Shown: positions 15,901 through 34,359 of the stretch, piece by piece
How positions within the stretch are numbered: the first letter of the stretch is position 1
How the letters are laid out: every line of letters begins with the position of its first letter
Source of the DNA: Lingula anatina
Lineage: Eukaryota > Animalia > Brachiopoda
DNA length: 64,000 nt
NCBI GenBank assembly: GCA_051362555.1
Contig: CM120640.1
Span: 59,808,788-59,872,787 of the forward strand
Direction: 5' to 3'
Translations under genes and position numbers: made by a program
Notes under the pieces: model-generated
Database searches by the model: none
What the model was told of the DNA's origin: nothing
The model's input: only the letters and a program-made list of their open reading frames with translations

Positions 15901-18692
15901 TTAAATAAAATTTGAGTTAAAACAAATGAAAGTGTCTGATTATGATATGTAGTGAATTAGATTTCAAAATGTGAACCTCAAAAACATTTTTCAGATGTAT
16001 TACTGTTTGCAAAGATGCTGTAGAATAAAAATCATTTTTATTCCATTTTAAACCTCATATATTGTAGTGGTATTGTTTAACTGTAGCACATCATTAAAGA
16101 GAGAACTGCAAGATGCAAGAAATGAAGTCAGAGAGAAACAGATGAAGATATCAGAGCTGAATGCAGTGAGGATATTTTAGATGATTTTTGAAAAGATCAA
16201 AAAGTCAAAAATATTTATTTTGTAAGCAAATGGAATCAGCGAATTAAGATGTACATAAAATACATACCGTAATAGAAAATTCTGAGTAATGTATCATTTT
16301 GTTTGACCTAAAAGCAGCATCAGATAACATATAACTAAAGACCATGGATTTTTTCTCTTTGTCATTCATTTTTTTTTTATTTTGTTCTGTTTCCCTGTCT
16401 TCCAGCAATTAATTACATTAAAAAGTCTGAAGGACCAAATGGAGTCAGACAACAACAGACTGCAACACAAGATGAAGGATCAGAATGCAGAGTACAGGGC
16501 CCGCCTTGTGAAATATGTGGAAGACATTGCAGTAAGTGAAACCTTGCACTGCTACACAACCTTTGAATTTTTAAAGTATATATTTATGAATTAGTTTCCT
16601 GGATTAGATTTGGGGATGCAAATTGTTTAGACATAGTGTAGTAATGTTTGAAAAGTTGAATATGTTTAAAGTCCTAAATGTGCCCAATAATGCTTATTAA
16701 ATCACCAAATAACCCCGCTTCCAGGAATATGTGGACCAGGGAAGTGGAGTTCCAGACCAGAGAAAGACAGAGGAACAGATGCAGCAGTTTGTGAACAATA
16801 TGCTCAAAGATATCAAGAAGGGATTCAAGGCTAGGGAGGAGCAGTTAAGCCAGGCAGCCAAGGCATCCAGGAGACAGACTGACCATGTGGTTCACAAGTA
16901 TGAACAGGTGCTCATTGCATACAGGTAAATATTTCCAATATTTTAATGCCCTAAAATATATAACAATATATTATGATTAAAGATAAATCTGACAATTTGT
17001 CTTTCAAATAGCTATTTGTAAATTTTCTAAATAATTGATTGCTTAAGGATGTTGTAACCCTTTTTATCATCCAGATACTGAAAATGAGGTTTTTCCTGCA
17101 TCTAATTATTCAATAATGCATCCATCTTTGGGCTGATTTAAAACAAAAATCTCCTTAAAAATATAAAATATCAGCTTTTATATTTCTCGTGGCAATGTAT
17201 AAGCATAGGCAACTCAAAGCTTTATTCACCAATTTACCACGTTTCTATTTTGATGTGAGATCGCAAACGGTATTGGGCGTAACTTCATCTATCAATAATA
17301 AAATCAGAACTAAGGCTTTTAAGAAAATTCACTGGCAGGGTTTTGGAGTGCTAAATGGTATCATTAAAATAGTGTTAAAACGGTGTTCATGGGTGCTCAG
17401 GTAAAGGGGAAATTTGAGAAATGGATTTTTCAATTTTTACTTCAAACCAAAATTGCAATTATGATGTCACGATTATGAAGGATGACACTTATGTTGCAAC
17501 ATTTGATGTTACCATGGAAGTAACTGACTCTCAGTCATTAAATTTTACAATAAGACATCTGTTGAATTTTTACTTTTGGTCATGCAGTGTTGTTTTGCAG
17601 GCCTAACCTTTGTCAATATTACTTTTCTCAGATTTGCAAAACAACATATTGACCTTAGTTTAAGTTATAAACTGCATAATATATATGCATTTCAATACGA
17701 TGGAACCCATCCTATCCATATTGATTGGATTTTATTATGTGCAAAACCAGTGATGGTATAATTTGCTTTGCAGGCAATTGCGACAGCAGGTGCAGTCCCG
17801 TGGAATTGCTGATCTTGACCTTGGTCCAGATGAGACTAACTTAAGAATGACTGATGCAGAAATTCACTCAGCCAATCAGAAGGAGATTTTCAGATTGAAA
17901 GAGGAACTCAGCACATTACAGCATAAACTGGAAATGTACAAAGTTGGAGTATGTGTTTTTTTTTTTTTTTTTTTTTTTTTGCTATAAAAAAATGGCCCAC
18001 TTAATCTACAGTAATTGTATTGGGACTTTTCTTTTATAATTGGTGTCACACTATTAACCCCATTTGTCAAAAAATATTACTTTTTATAATACTAGATCTC
18101 AAAATCTTTCTTAATACCTTCAAATTGGCTTGCTAGATTTTTTTTTTTTCTTGTTGCAGGTCCCTGTAAAGGGAGACTCCAAGAAAAATATAAGTTTTGC
18201 TGACACTAATGACAAGGAACATTGGGCTTCACTGAGGAAACAGCTGAGAGACTTCACTATGAATACCCAGCAGGAACTTGAAGGAGAAAGAGCTCAACTT
18301 CTCAGTAAGAACCATGCTCTGGAAGAACAGCTGAAAGAATGTCAGGATTATATTGACAAACACCTGGTTAGGTAGGCATCAACATTTAATTTGATCCTTT
18401 ATCAATTTTCGTGTCCTTTTCTTTTGTTGCATCTCATTCTTTTCTATATTGTGGCACTTGAAAACGAAATTATATTGCATGCAATTTATGTCATATGTTG
18501 GTCCTAAAGGATTTCAAAAGGCATTCAATATTATCCATCTTTTTATCAACAAAGCCACTAATTTTTTAAAAAAATTTTTGATCATTGATTTGTAGGTACA
18601 AGCAAGAAATAGTGCGATTACGAAAGCTGTTAGGTGTAAAAGAAGATGGAAATATTGCCAATTCCAGCCCACTTGCATTTTACAAAAAGTGA
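9920..18692 (+). CDS. CCDC78: Kinesin-like motor domain fused to CCDC78-type coiled coil (DUF4472), ~916 aa
   Basis: 20 exons: 9920-9936, 10321-10437, 10977-11194, 11357-11514, 11720-11863, 12044-12240, 12508-12682, 13812-13940, 14212-14343, 14653-14739, 14905-15084, 15268-15435, 15564-15614, 15746-15834, 16087-16165, 16406-16531, 16725-16924, 17774-17948, 18160-18371, 18596-18692 (2751 nt, in frame). Kinesin motifs: VYARVRP, FGESGSGKS, YEIYNELIKDL, VDLPGAE, ESKLTQLLREELGG. CCDC78 hallmarks: EEKLKVSKTLVEMQIENNKLREEAEAAKFEL, LRDFTMNTQQELEGERAQLL, HLVRYKQEIVRLRKL. Confidence 0.85.
14399..14566. mobile_element. Short MITE-like insertion
   Basis: Ends caggcccatagg... / ...gctacaggccgg are approximately inverted, and the internal gaacccccc motif is repeated. 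It is a GC-richer block inside an AT-rich intron. Confidence 0.45.
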
Positions 18693-19869
18693 AAACAGAC
18701 TTCAATGCAATTCGTAGAACATACGGAAGGCTCTAAACAGTGCTGCAAAAAACTAGGGGTTTGCAACTAGGTGCACAAACTAGTTCAGTTTTATAGTTAA
18801 TGCCAAAATGCATCATGTGCACACACCAGTTCAGTAAAGCTTTTTTTAACCAAATCAGGTCATATTGACACTTCTAAATGGGTTGTTGGAATCAAAATTA
18901 AACCAAAGTTGTATGCACGAAATGCCATTATTTTCATTGTTCAATACGTAATAATGTAGATTTCTTCCATAGTATCAGAGGCGAGATGAATAATGTAATG
19001 ATGTCCTAAAGCATTGACACAGGATGAGTGCCATATCATGTTTTAGAAGCTTTGCACATCTAGAATCTCAGTAGAGCAGGCATCTGAGAATTGTAATAAT
19101 AAACTTAGGTGAAATGAACAGCCTGCCTCTGCTCATTAATCCTTTTTCAGATCTCCTAAATGTGTACATGACAAACATCAATCAGAAACAACAGCAAAAA
19201 TTTATTTTTTACATGTACAAAACAAATACATAAAATATTGCACTATCATTTCACATAAGTGCAATGATATAAAGATAACAATCCTTAAGTCTTACTTTTA
19301 TTTCAAATATTAACTTTTCTGTAGAACAGATGAGAAAATCACATACTACATTCTTATGAACAAAGGATTGTGGAAATAAATTTATTATCATGTAATAGCC
19401 CCTGCATTTTACTAATGATACACATACTACTCTAATAATGAAATGAATAAGAACTTCAAATAGGAGCCACTCAAAATATAAACTGATTTTCTGTAACTTA
19501 GAGCTTAATGTAATATAATCACCATAGTTGGGGTTAAGCTTTAACTAAGCTAGATCTAACATCAGCAACACAATTTTGAGGAAATCACAAAATTAAGTGA
19601 AATGCTGTTACAACTAGAGGATCAGAGAGGCGATACCGCCTCCGGATATTGTACCACCAGCTGGAGTTAGCGCATTCGTATGGACCCCCCCCCCTTCCAA
19701 AAAGGGACACCATCACCAGTCTTGTGCTTGACAAGCTCTATAAGATTTTCGAATTGACTTGCATTTTCCTACCCTTGATCACTCCTGTATTCTCTAGACA
19801 AAAGGCCTATTGGTTTTCCTTGAAAAGTGTTGTTAATGGTGCATATATGCTGACAAAAGAGAAAACCTA

Positions 19870-20770
19870 GGGGCAACAAGGGGCACATCTCTGCTAGTTT
19901 TAAAGATATGAGAGGCAAGAAAATATGCAAAGCTCAGTTCATGGTGAAAAAGTAGGTCAAAGGTCAATTTCAATATCATAGTTTATGAATTTCTATTCAA
20001 GTTCAATAGCAACCATGGGCATTTCTTTGCCAATTTTGCAGATTTAAAGGCCTGAAAACATGCAAAAAGCAGTTCATCATAAAAAGTAGGTCAAAGGTCA
20101 ATTTCAAGGTCACAGATTGCTAGTGTATTACTTCCTATTCAAGTTCAATAGTAACTATGGACCTATCTCTGTCAGTTTTAGAGATAAAGGAGAAAGAAAA
20201 TTTGCAAAGTTCAGTTCATAGTAAAAAGATGGTCAAAGGTCAATTTTAAGGTCACAGTAAATTGCCAGTATATGACTTACTACATGTACTTAAGTTCAAT
20301 AGTAACTATGGACCTATCTCTGCCAGTTTTGGAGATAAAAGGGAATGAAAATTTGCAAAGTTCAGTTCATGGTGAAAAGTAGGTCAAAGGTCAATTTAAA
20401 GGTCACAGTAAATTGCCTCTGACTTTCTATTCAAATTCAATAGTAACTATGGGCGTATCTTTGCCAGTTTTGGAGATAAAAGGGAACAAAAATTTGCAAA
20501 GTTCAGTTCATGGTAAAAAGTAGGTCAAAGGTCAAATTTAAGGTCACAGTAAATTGCCAGTATATGACTTCCTATTCAAGTTCAATAGTAACTTTGAACC
20601 TATCTCTGCCAGTTTTGGAGATAAAAGGGAACGGAAATTTGCAAAGTTCAATTCATGGTGAAAAGTAGGTCAAAGGTCAATTTTATGGTCACTGTTAAAT
20701 TGCCAGTAAGTGACTTCCTATTCAACTTTAATAGTAACTATTGACCTATCTCTGCCAGTTTTGGAGATAT
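19870..20770. repeat. Tandem satellite, ~6 units of ~134-151 bp
   Basis: The unit aagttcaatagtaactatggacctatctctgccagttttggagataaaagggaa..aatttgcaaagttcagttcatggtgaaaagtaggtcaaaggtcaa recurs. GGTCAAAGGTCA occurs at ~19954, 20088, 20230, 20381, 20522, 20667. Confidence 0.95.
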
Positions 20771-21466
20771 AATGTTACAATTCTGAGTTACAATAATGTG
20801 CCACCACAATGTACTTTTTAATACAGCATAACACGAAAACCGTATGAAATACAAAAAAACGAAGACCACATGCAATGTTGGGCTTTACATGCTCTACAAA
20901 ATGCAAAAAAGAACGGGTCGCTAGCATTAACGGTTCCCGAATTAGAGACAGTTTTCAGTTTCGGTATCTTATGGCCGCTTCTCCCGTGAAAATGCACCGA
21001 TTGACCCCAAATTCACGGAGATGAAAGATGACCCAAAGGGTAACACTTTCCAATAATATTATTGGTTAAGTCTGTGTAGTGTCTGAATAACAGCGCAAAT
21101 AATATTTTTTTTGTAAAAAATTTCATTTTTTTGGAAATTTTGGCCTGTTTGACCTTGAAATAAAGGTCAAAGGTCAAATCCAAGGGCATATTTGAAATCT
21201 ACACATATGACTTTTGGAAAGCCGTCTGTAGAAATTTTTCCCATAATTCCTTCCGTAGGGTAGATAATTGGCATTGAATTTTCAAAAATTTTGACAAGGG
21301 TGCATTTCAACAAGCGTCACGCCCAGGTTAATGCACCGACTGAGACAAAAAAATCTGGGGGTTCAAGTTGAGGTTATATGTGACCTAAATCCAAGAGATG
21401 GGGACAGGGGTCCTTGCGGTCTAGGAGGAGAAGCGGTAACGGTGACTTGTATCCGGCGCCAGTACG

Positions 21467-21570
21467 CGGAGCCGGCGGAGCTTACGGAGCCGGCGGAGCC
21501 GTCGGAGCCAACGGAGCCATCGGAGCCAACGGAGCCGTCGGAGCCAACGGAGCCGGCGGAGCCGGACGAG
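21467..21570 (+). repeat. 9-bp minisatellite (cggagccNN)n
   Basis: cggagccgg-cggagctta-cggagccgg-cggagccgt-cggagccaa-..., about 11 units. Confidence 0.9.
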
Positions 21571-22650
21571 ACGGGTCGGGACTAAAACCATGAGTACCGC
21601 CAGCGTACACGCTGGTGGTACTAATTATACTTACTAAAATAATTAAAAAAAGAAGAAAATTTGTTGGTGAAATTTAAACAAGTTATTTGTACTTATAGCC
21701 AAATACCAACCTCATTCATGAAATAAAACTCCAAAGCTGTATTAGGCAGCTCTGCTCAACTTTTGAAAAGGGACTATGTTAGACTGCTGCTGCACTAGTA
21801 GCTACAGAGCTGATTTTTCACAAAATGCCTATGCAGCTAATTTCATCATGGACTAAGATATTTGAAAGCGATACTGGGGCTATATATATTTACTTAAAAC
21901 CAATTCTGGTGTCTCATGAATTCAAGTGTTACGAGGGAATATTTTGGTCAGATAGTACAATGTACCACAGCTGATGTACATAAATGTCTAAGGCTTAGCT
22001 ACTGATATCAACCGAGCTTAGATGGAAGCTATGAACTTGTCCCTCACCCAAACTATTCATGAGATCTACCCCCAACAAGTCTTTCTCAGGCTAAAAAAAG
22101 GCAGGCTCTGGGCTTAAGATTTGATAATGATAATGAGCTGTTTAGGGGACCAATATGTTGAGTTCTACTGATGGATATCAATGAATGGCAAACTTAATAG
22201 AGCTAAATGAAAGTGTGTGGAGTAAAAAGGGTACTATGTTGAAGAATATAGCAGTATAAATCCAAATATCTTGCTCTTTCCATGCATTTCTCAAAATATT
22301 TTGACTTCCCCTCATACCAGTGTGACAGCATATTACAATCAATCTCTGAATAATAACACAAAATATATAACAATACAACGTAATAAGACAAAAAAATTTA
22401 TATTCTTTCTTTGGGTATATATATATAATATTCCGGGGTAGAGCAAACACTCACCAATGTAGCCAAATGCTAAAACAGACTTAAACTGGCTAGACAAAAT
22501 AGGGTTGATTTGACTTAAGTCAAATTTAAACAAATTGGAGAAAAAAAGTGATGAAAAAGTAATTAGCCAAGCGAAAAAAAAAATTGCTAGCGCTACCTCA
22601 GAATATTGAAAATTACTCTCAACTTTACAGACTGAGCAAAGCACCACAGG

Positions 22651-28193
<5,543 letters not shown>

Positions 28194-29189
28194 TCACAAA
28201 TTCAATCTGTAACAAACTTTTAAATAGATATAAATCAAACTGATGTTGAGTCAGTTGTTGCCAAGACTTTACAAAATGCAATGAATGACTTTATTGTATA
28301 ATTACATTAATTTTACCATACATCAAATTCTGGTATCATTTTAAGCTAAAATAGTTGATACTAGCAAAAATGTTTTTGTCAATATTCTGTATTTGCTTAT
28401 GCTCACCTCTGATAAATAATATATTAACTAGAGCATTTCCTCCTAAACATTCTTCAAATTATATTATGAAAATCTGAAAATAAAAACCTTAAACTGAGAA
28501 CCATTCTAAGGGGATTTTGGTTTTTGTGAACTGTATAACACTGGGATTCAATTAGACTAAAATGATTTTCATAAAAAATCTGATTCATACAAGAGCATTA
28601 CTTAAAGTGGAATAAGAATGGCCTTTTTATCAGTAAGATATCAATTGGTGATTGGAGCTTTTATTAAATACTCAGTAACTACTGGGTAATTTGAAGGAAA
28701 TAAAGGGGCAAAGCAATTTACCAAATCAGGATATGTACTGGGGAACAAACATTCTAAGGGAATCTTTGTCCAAATCTCTGGTTGTTGGGATTTACTACAC
28801 TTGGTTAGGGTCAGTACCGGGCTGACCCAGTTTACTTGGAACTAGCCCGTTCTATTTCTTGTCGAAATGATGACAACGTTATGAACGGGAGTTATACTAT
28901 AGGGTAACAAACAAAAATGCATGCACTCAAAATAGATACAAAGTCATTACTACAGTGAGTGTCAAACTGATTGGTGCTCTGACCGCGCTGATGTCATAAA
29001 AACAATGACCTTATATTCTTATTCTTTTTCTCGTTATTTGGCATTCTGTGCAGATTAGACGTAGACGTATCTACACTAAAAACCCGTCTCCATAATTTTA
29101 GATAGACTTAGATACAAAACCATTCTGTATCATTTATACGGTTCACATTGTAATCCACCTTTTAGTTTGTCAGTAATCGTGAAAATAAC

Positions 29190-29476
29190 TTACAACACAA
29201 ACGTGAACATCTTCCACTGTCAGCAGTCCAATATTTACCCAGCATGCAATAGGTTGTAGTTCCGTTTGAGGTTTCTCGATTATTTTTGCGTTGAAAATTA
29301 AAATTAAGGTTTTATCAGAAATAAATTTATGCATCATTTGTCATCAAAGCGTGATTAAGTATTGATATTCTTATTTACCAACAAGTAACTCTGCAAACAC
29401 TGCATCAAATTCAAATGCAGACTAATTCAGACAATTTGCCTGTAGCGCCACCTACTTACTGTTAATGTTTCTAGAG
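29190..29476. promoter_or_regulatory. Putative bidirectional promoter region TMEM259 / BABAM1
   Basis: Head-to-head genes. A minus-strand GTAAGT donor (~29188-29193) suggests a non-coding first exon of TMEM259 close to the BABAM1 start. Confidence 0.45.
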
Positions 29477-32400
29477 ATGGCAGAGCAAAGCACATTACAA
29501 AGTGAAACCCTAAAAGAAAAAGGAGACTTGTATTCAAAATCCACCGAAGTAGATAGAAATTTACTAGAGTACGACATAGTAGACGCCACAGAGGATAAAA
29601 GCAATGAAAGTAACGAAAAATCAAAGGACCCCACAAATGTACATCATACACAACTGGAGCAAATGACACTGTCAAACTCCCAGGACAAGGAATCACAAAA
29701 TGAGGAAGAAAAAGAAAGGGAATCTCCAGTTATAGAAGAAAAAGTGGTGGACATTATTTGCCCTAGAGTTAACTGTCCAGAAAAGATTGTAAGTTCTATT
29801 GAGCAATAAGAGACTGAAAAGCTTTTTGTACCTCTTGAAATATTTTACTGAAAGTTTTTGCGAGCAGATTCACCAACACACACACACGCTCGGCTGTCAC
29901 CTTGATTGGATAGTAAACGGTTGTCGTAAAATCGCTAAATGATATTAAAAACCGGTGCATAAACTTGAAAACCACCTAGGACTACCTTAGACTGCCACAT
30001 TAATCCAATACAATGCAAAAATAAACTATAACAAGTGGTTAAAGCCTTCAAACCGAATGTCGTAAAGTCCCCATATACCTCCATAGAGACAATAAAATAG
30101 AGTGAGCTTGTGAAACAAAAATCGACCAACTTAAACATAATAATCGAAATAAAGTACTGCCGGGCATCGGAGCGGCCTAAAACTTGGCACGCTTACCGCA
30201 AATACTGATGGCTACATCATCCCGTCGCTCGTTTGTTAATTCCGTGCATAGCATACGCACAATCAAACCGTATATCCAAATTCCACCTCTGATGTTTATT
30301 TCGGTCCTCTCTAACCTCCAATTCAGGAAATGACGTAACCGCAGAGGTCGTATTTGTCCAATGGCATGGCTTCTTTTTCGTAATTGGAGGTTAGAGAGCA
30401 CTCCAATTTACTGTCTGTGGAATGTACTACCGGTACTTGTACTGTACCAGTATGTATGCGAATGCAAGAGAGATATACCTGTAGCCCGTAGGTGCATATA
30501 TATGTAATTGTAAAATGACTTCCCTGCAGCTAGCTCATCCACTGTACTGCAGGGCTCTCAAATCTTTATCTTACGTCACACCTCCTCAAGTTGCACAGCC
30601 AGTATATATCAGGACTATCAATAGGTGTGCTAACACATGAATTTTTGTGCTAACTCCTGTAAAACCAGCTAGTTTTCCTTGCAACAGAGCTTTGATTTAG
30701 TTAAGATCCCTGTGCTCGTGTACCAGTTATGCCACCGTGAAACATATGCAACAGATTTCAACATTTATGCAGCAGTGTTATATGTATTATATAAATTTAT
30801 TATATAAATTTTCCCAATTTTAGATCATTTGTCTTGACTTGTCTTCAGAAATGGATAAAGCAACTTTCAAGTCCAGATCTGGGTAAGAAGATATTTATAT
30901 AATTTTTGGAAATATTTTAAGTAACTGTACTATTTTTGTACTAGTACTTATTTTATGAAGTAAATTACATTGTTCATTTAGACAAGTACCAGTAGGTGAC
31001 CTTCCTAAAAATTCTCACTGGACGAGGATTTTTTACAGACATCAGTAGTGTGATTTTGTATTTAAACTTTCAGTGATAAGTTTGCTCCACTTAAACTTGT
31101 GAAAAGAGCACTGGGGATATTTTGTCACACAAAGAGTAGAATAGATAAGCGGCACGAATATGCCCTAGTTGTCTTACAGGAAACACCTATGTGGGTAAGT
31201 AGACCGAGATAACAAAGCTTAAAGGCATGAATCTGGTTAATACTGTTGTATAAGAAAGTGTATGTCTTTTAATTTTCATTGATTATTTTGGAAAAATTGC
31301 ACAAACCAATGGGCCTTTGAAATTGCAAAATAAAGACACAAATAGAAAGTATGGCACCCACCTGACTCTTCTCATACAAAGGGAGTGATGTGATACCAGG
31401 ATCAGATTTAAGAATGAAGGAGAAAAGACCAATTTTTTTTCTACACACATTTTTACAAAACAGTATTTGACAAGATTTTTATTGTTATCTTTTTAGGTGT
31501 GTGACTTCACAAATAATCCCAAGGAAATTATCAGCATTCTAGAAGATGTAATATGCAGTACATTTGAGACAGAAACATTTGACCTTAGCTGCTTGTTTGA
31601 CCTTATGTATGTTAGAATTGATAACTTGTGGTTATAGATTTAAAATGCAAATTGTCATATAATATTGTTTACTTTAGATAAAAGGCCACTTTTTCTCTTA
31701 ACTCCCATCTTGAAACATTTAATTGTTAACCTTTTCTCCTAATGTTATGATAACACTTTAGATCTGACATATTTTCCTAACAATTACAGAGCTGAGAAAA
31801 TTAGTCTTCCAAAAGTTCAAGAACCCAGAATTATTCCTCCACCTTACAGCATAAGGATGCTGTTTTTGTATGGAAGATCCCACTGTGAAATAACAGCAGG
31901 AAATAAGGAGGTAAATTTAGAATCTTAAGTGAAGATATTCTTTTGATTTATTTGACTGACTGGTTTCATCTAGACTTTTTTTTTTTTTTTTTTGAGGTTG
32001 CAATAAAGTGGTCAATCAAAGAATTGCTATTATAATGACTGTTGCTTACAACTAGCAAGCTTATTCTGTTTAACACAATAAGTCCATGCACTGCCCTTTT
32101 AAGTATCTAATGAAATGCTGATGTGAATAAATTTAGAGATATATTGTATATGTTCTGCCAGAATCAGAGGCTATTGCAGAGTTCTCCGCATTTCTTCCTG
32201 GATGCCTTCTACATTCATCTGCCACCCTCTGATGATAATCAGTGCCAGGTATGCTTCCCATAATAACAGTTTCAAGCACTTGTATTTATAATGCCAAATT
32301 CACATCAATCTTTAAAAATTACTGGTGGGCTGGTAAAATATATTTGTATTTCAAACAATTGCCAGATAACTTGTAATTACAAAATTTGTACCATTGAATT

Positions 32401-32648
32401 GTTGTACAATGACTTAATATTTAGAAGAGAAATTAATTGGATTTAAATTTCCCCTTATTTTGTGCTTTCTTTTGCAGGAAATTTTTAACACAATTTGTGA
32501 TTGGGATGAACAAGGACTTTACTATGTGTTTGAAGCATCAAAGAATCCCACAAAACTGTATGATGGGTTTGCTCAACTTCTTGCACATCCACTTCAGAGA
32601 CCCTTACAGAAAGATTGTGCATATAAGCTTAAACCTTCCATGCAGTAA
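29477..32648 (+). CDS. BABAM1: BRISC and BRCA1-A complex member 1 (MERIT40/NBA1)
   Basis: Exons 29477-29788, 30824-30882, 31074-31194, 31497-31606, 31790-31910, 32162-32248, 32478-32648. Motifs PRVNCPEKIIICLDLSSEM, TKSRIDKRHEYALVVL, IPPPYSIRMLFLYGR, LLAHPLQRPLQ, plus an acidic low-complexity N-terminus. Confidence 0.95.
30307..30398. repeat. Miniature inverted repeat (17-bp arms), probable MITE derivative
   Basis: ctctctaacctccaatt ... aattggaggttagagag. Confidence 0.6.
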
Positions 32649-34359
32649 CACAGACTAGAGTACCATATCATGTGGTCTTCTAGTATTACAGGGTTTTTAA
32701 CTACAAATATGATGGATGTGTTATTCTTCAGTTTACTGTTTGCTAAATTAACAAACCCAAGAACAATGAAAAAATGTTGGATATTATTTTCAGGGCAGTT
32801 GACAAGTAGCAATCTGTTTTGGAGAGTTAAATTGTCATTTTTTTAAATTTTGTTTCTGTTCTTCAGCAAAAAAAAGCGTCCTTGTTGTTTAAAAGCAAGA
32901 CTTTGAACACTACACAGGATTCATAGAATTTACATGTTGTATAATTATGCAAAACATTAATTGAGGGGAAACATTAGAGTCACAGTTAATCAACATACAT
33001 TTATTGCAAAAGAATGACAGTTGTCTATTACGTCTACAAACAATTCATATGTTGCAAAGTTTTTACGTGGACTTACTAAAATAATTTTAAAGAGACTGCT
33101 TACCTACAAATATATCCATGAAACCATCTCTTCTTAAAAGATTGATAAAACTTGGATAAGAAATACTTCCATAGATCTTATTGTATGAAATCTAAATATG
33201 TATGCAAATGCAGCAACACATTTTTGTTACATTTTCATTTGTGAAGTTTGAAACTATTTCAATATGAATGAAAATTATGACCAAAAAAAAAGGTACCTGT
33301 GTGAACTGTACTCACTTAGTTTCTTTGCATGCATACTTGCTTACATTACAGCCATAAATTTTAATTTAACAGCTTAAAAAAATATTTACAATGCTGTGGT
33401 TAAAAAAACACACACATATATATACAAGAACATACAAAACATTTACTTTTCCAACTATTTTACAATGCTAGAGATACCCTGTAACAAAAACCATATTTTT
33501 TACAGTATTAATTTTCATTAACTGCTGCACTTAACAAAAGGACAATGCTTGACTGCAAATCTTTAATACACCCACAAACATTATTACCAACTTCAAATAC
33601 AATAATTCCGACATCTCAACTTAATCTGCCAAATTTCTTTATTGAGAAGTGCAGAATGGGCTTTTGTCTTGGTGATTGACTTTCTATTCATAAAAAAGAC
33701 ATCTAGGAATTTGGTACATAGCATGTTTATGATGTTACCTATACAACTGAAAGAATACAGATGACATTACTCTGCTAATGAGATGATACAATTTAAGTTC
33801 CAATTGCACTTACATATTTACATGTCACTGTCACATAGGGGTGTATGTGCACGTAGTACTAATACAACACCATAACACTTTTCGTAAAATTTTTTTTGAC
33901 TGCTTAAAACATTTGAGAAAATTTGAATTCACCAAGGACTGACATTATCTTCATAATAAAAGTATGTAATTTTCATGTGTGAAAATTGTTCAAATGCCCA
34001 GTGGGAAAAAGAATTTTAATACAGCACCAGATAACATCTCAAGTTTAAGTACATCTGACATGACATGATGGCAAATATCTGTACAAGTAAATAATATAAA
34101 TACTCGATTCTTTAAGATGAGGGAGATCTTAGGTATTGCTTCTTGTCAAGCAATTTGCTTCAGTTCTCTAAAATGCTGAATAGCATCAAGCAGGAGTCCA
34201 TACTACCTTCGTCTCTTCCAGAAGCAGACCAGCTGCCAGTTTTATTTGACTAATTTGCTTCCAAGGTCAACTTAGTGCTTCACCATCTAGAAAGATGACA
34301 TGTTTCTTTTGATCATTGCCTAAGCAAGTCTTGAGATGTGTTCTCCAAGCAAGTTACCC

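Larger units (their letters stand above)
19614..21625 (-). mobile_element. Non-autonomous Helitron/Helentron-associated element (HINE-like) with central satellite
   Basis: Subterminal inverted repeat GTACCACCAGC (19651-19661) vs GCTGGTGGTAC (21611-21621), with a second IR copy at 21594-21604. A GC hairpin gaggcg-atac-cgcctc is followed by CTAG|T at the minus-strand 3' end, and a 9-bp microsatellite lies near the 5' end. Confidence 0.75.

Noticed and set aside
17043-17610. Possible old transposon remnant and short ORFs in a CCDC78 intron
   Set aside because: No clear TIR pair, TSD or second copy could be established.
19870-20770. Repeat array as possible CRISPR
   Set aside because: Eukaryotic context. 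Whole units are homologous, with no unique spacers and no cas genes.
21331-21585. ORF with EPTEPSEP repeats
   Set aside because: Translation of the 9-bp minisatellite inside the Helitron-like element; no splice or promoter context.
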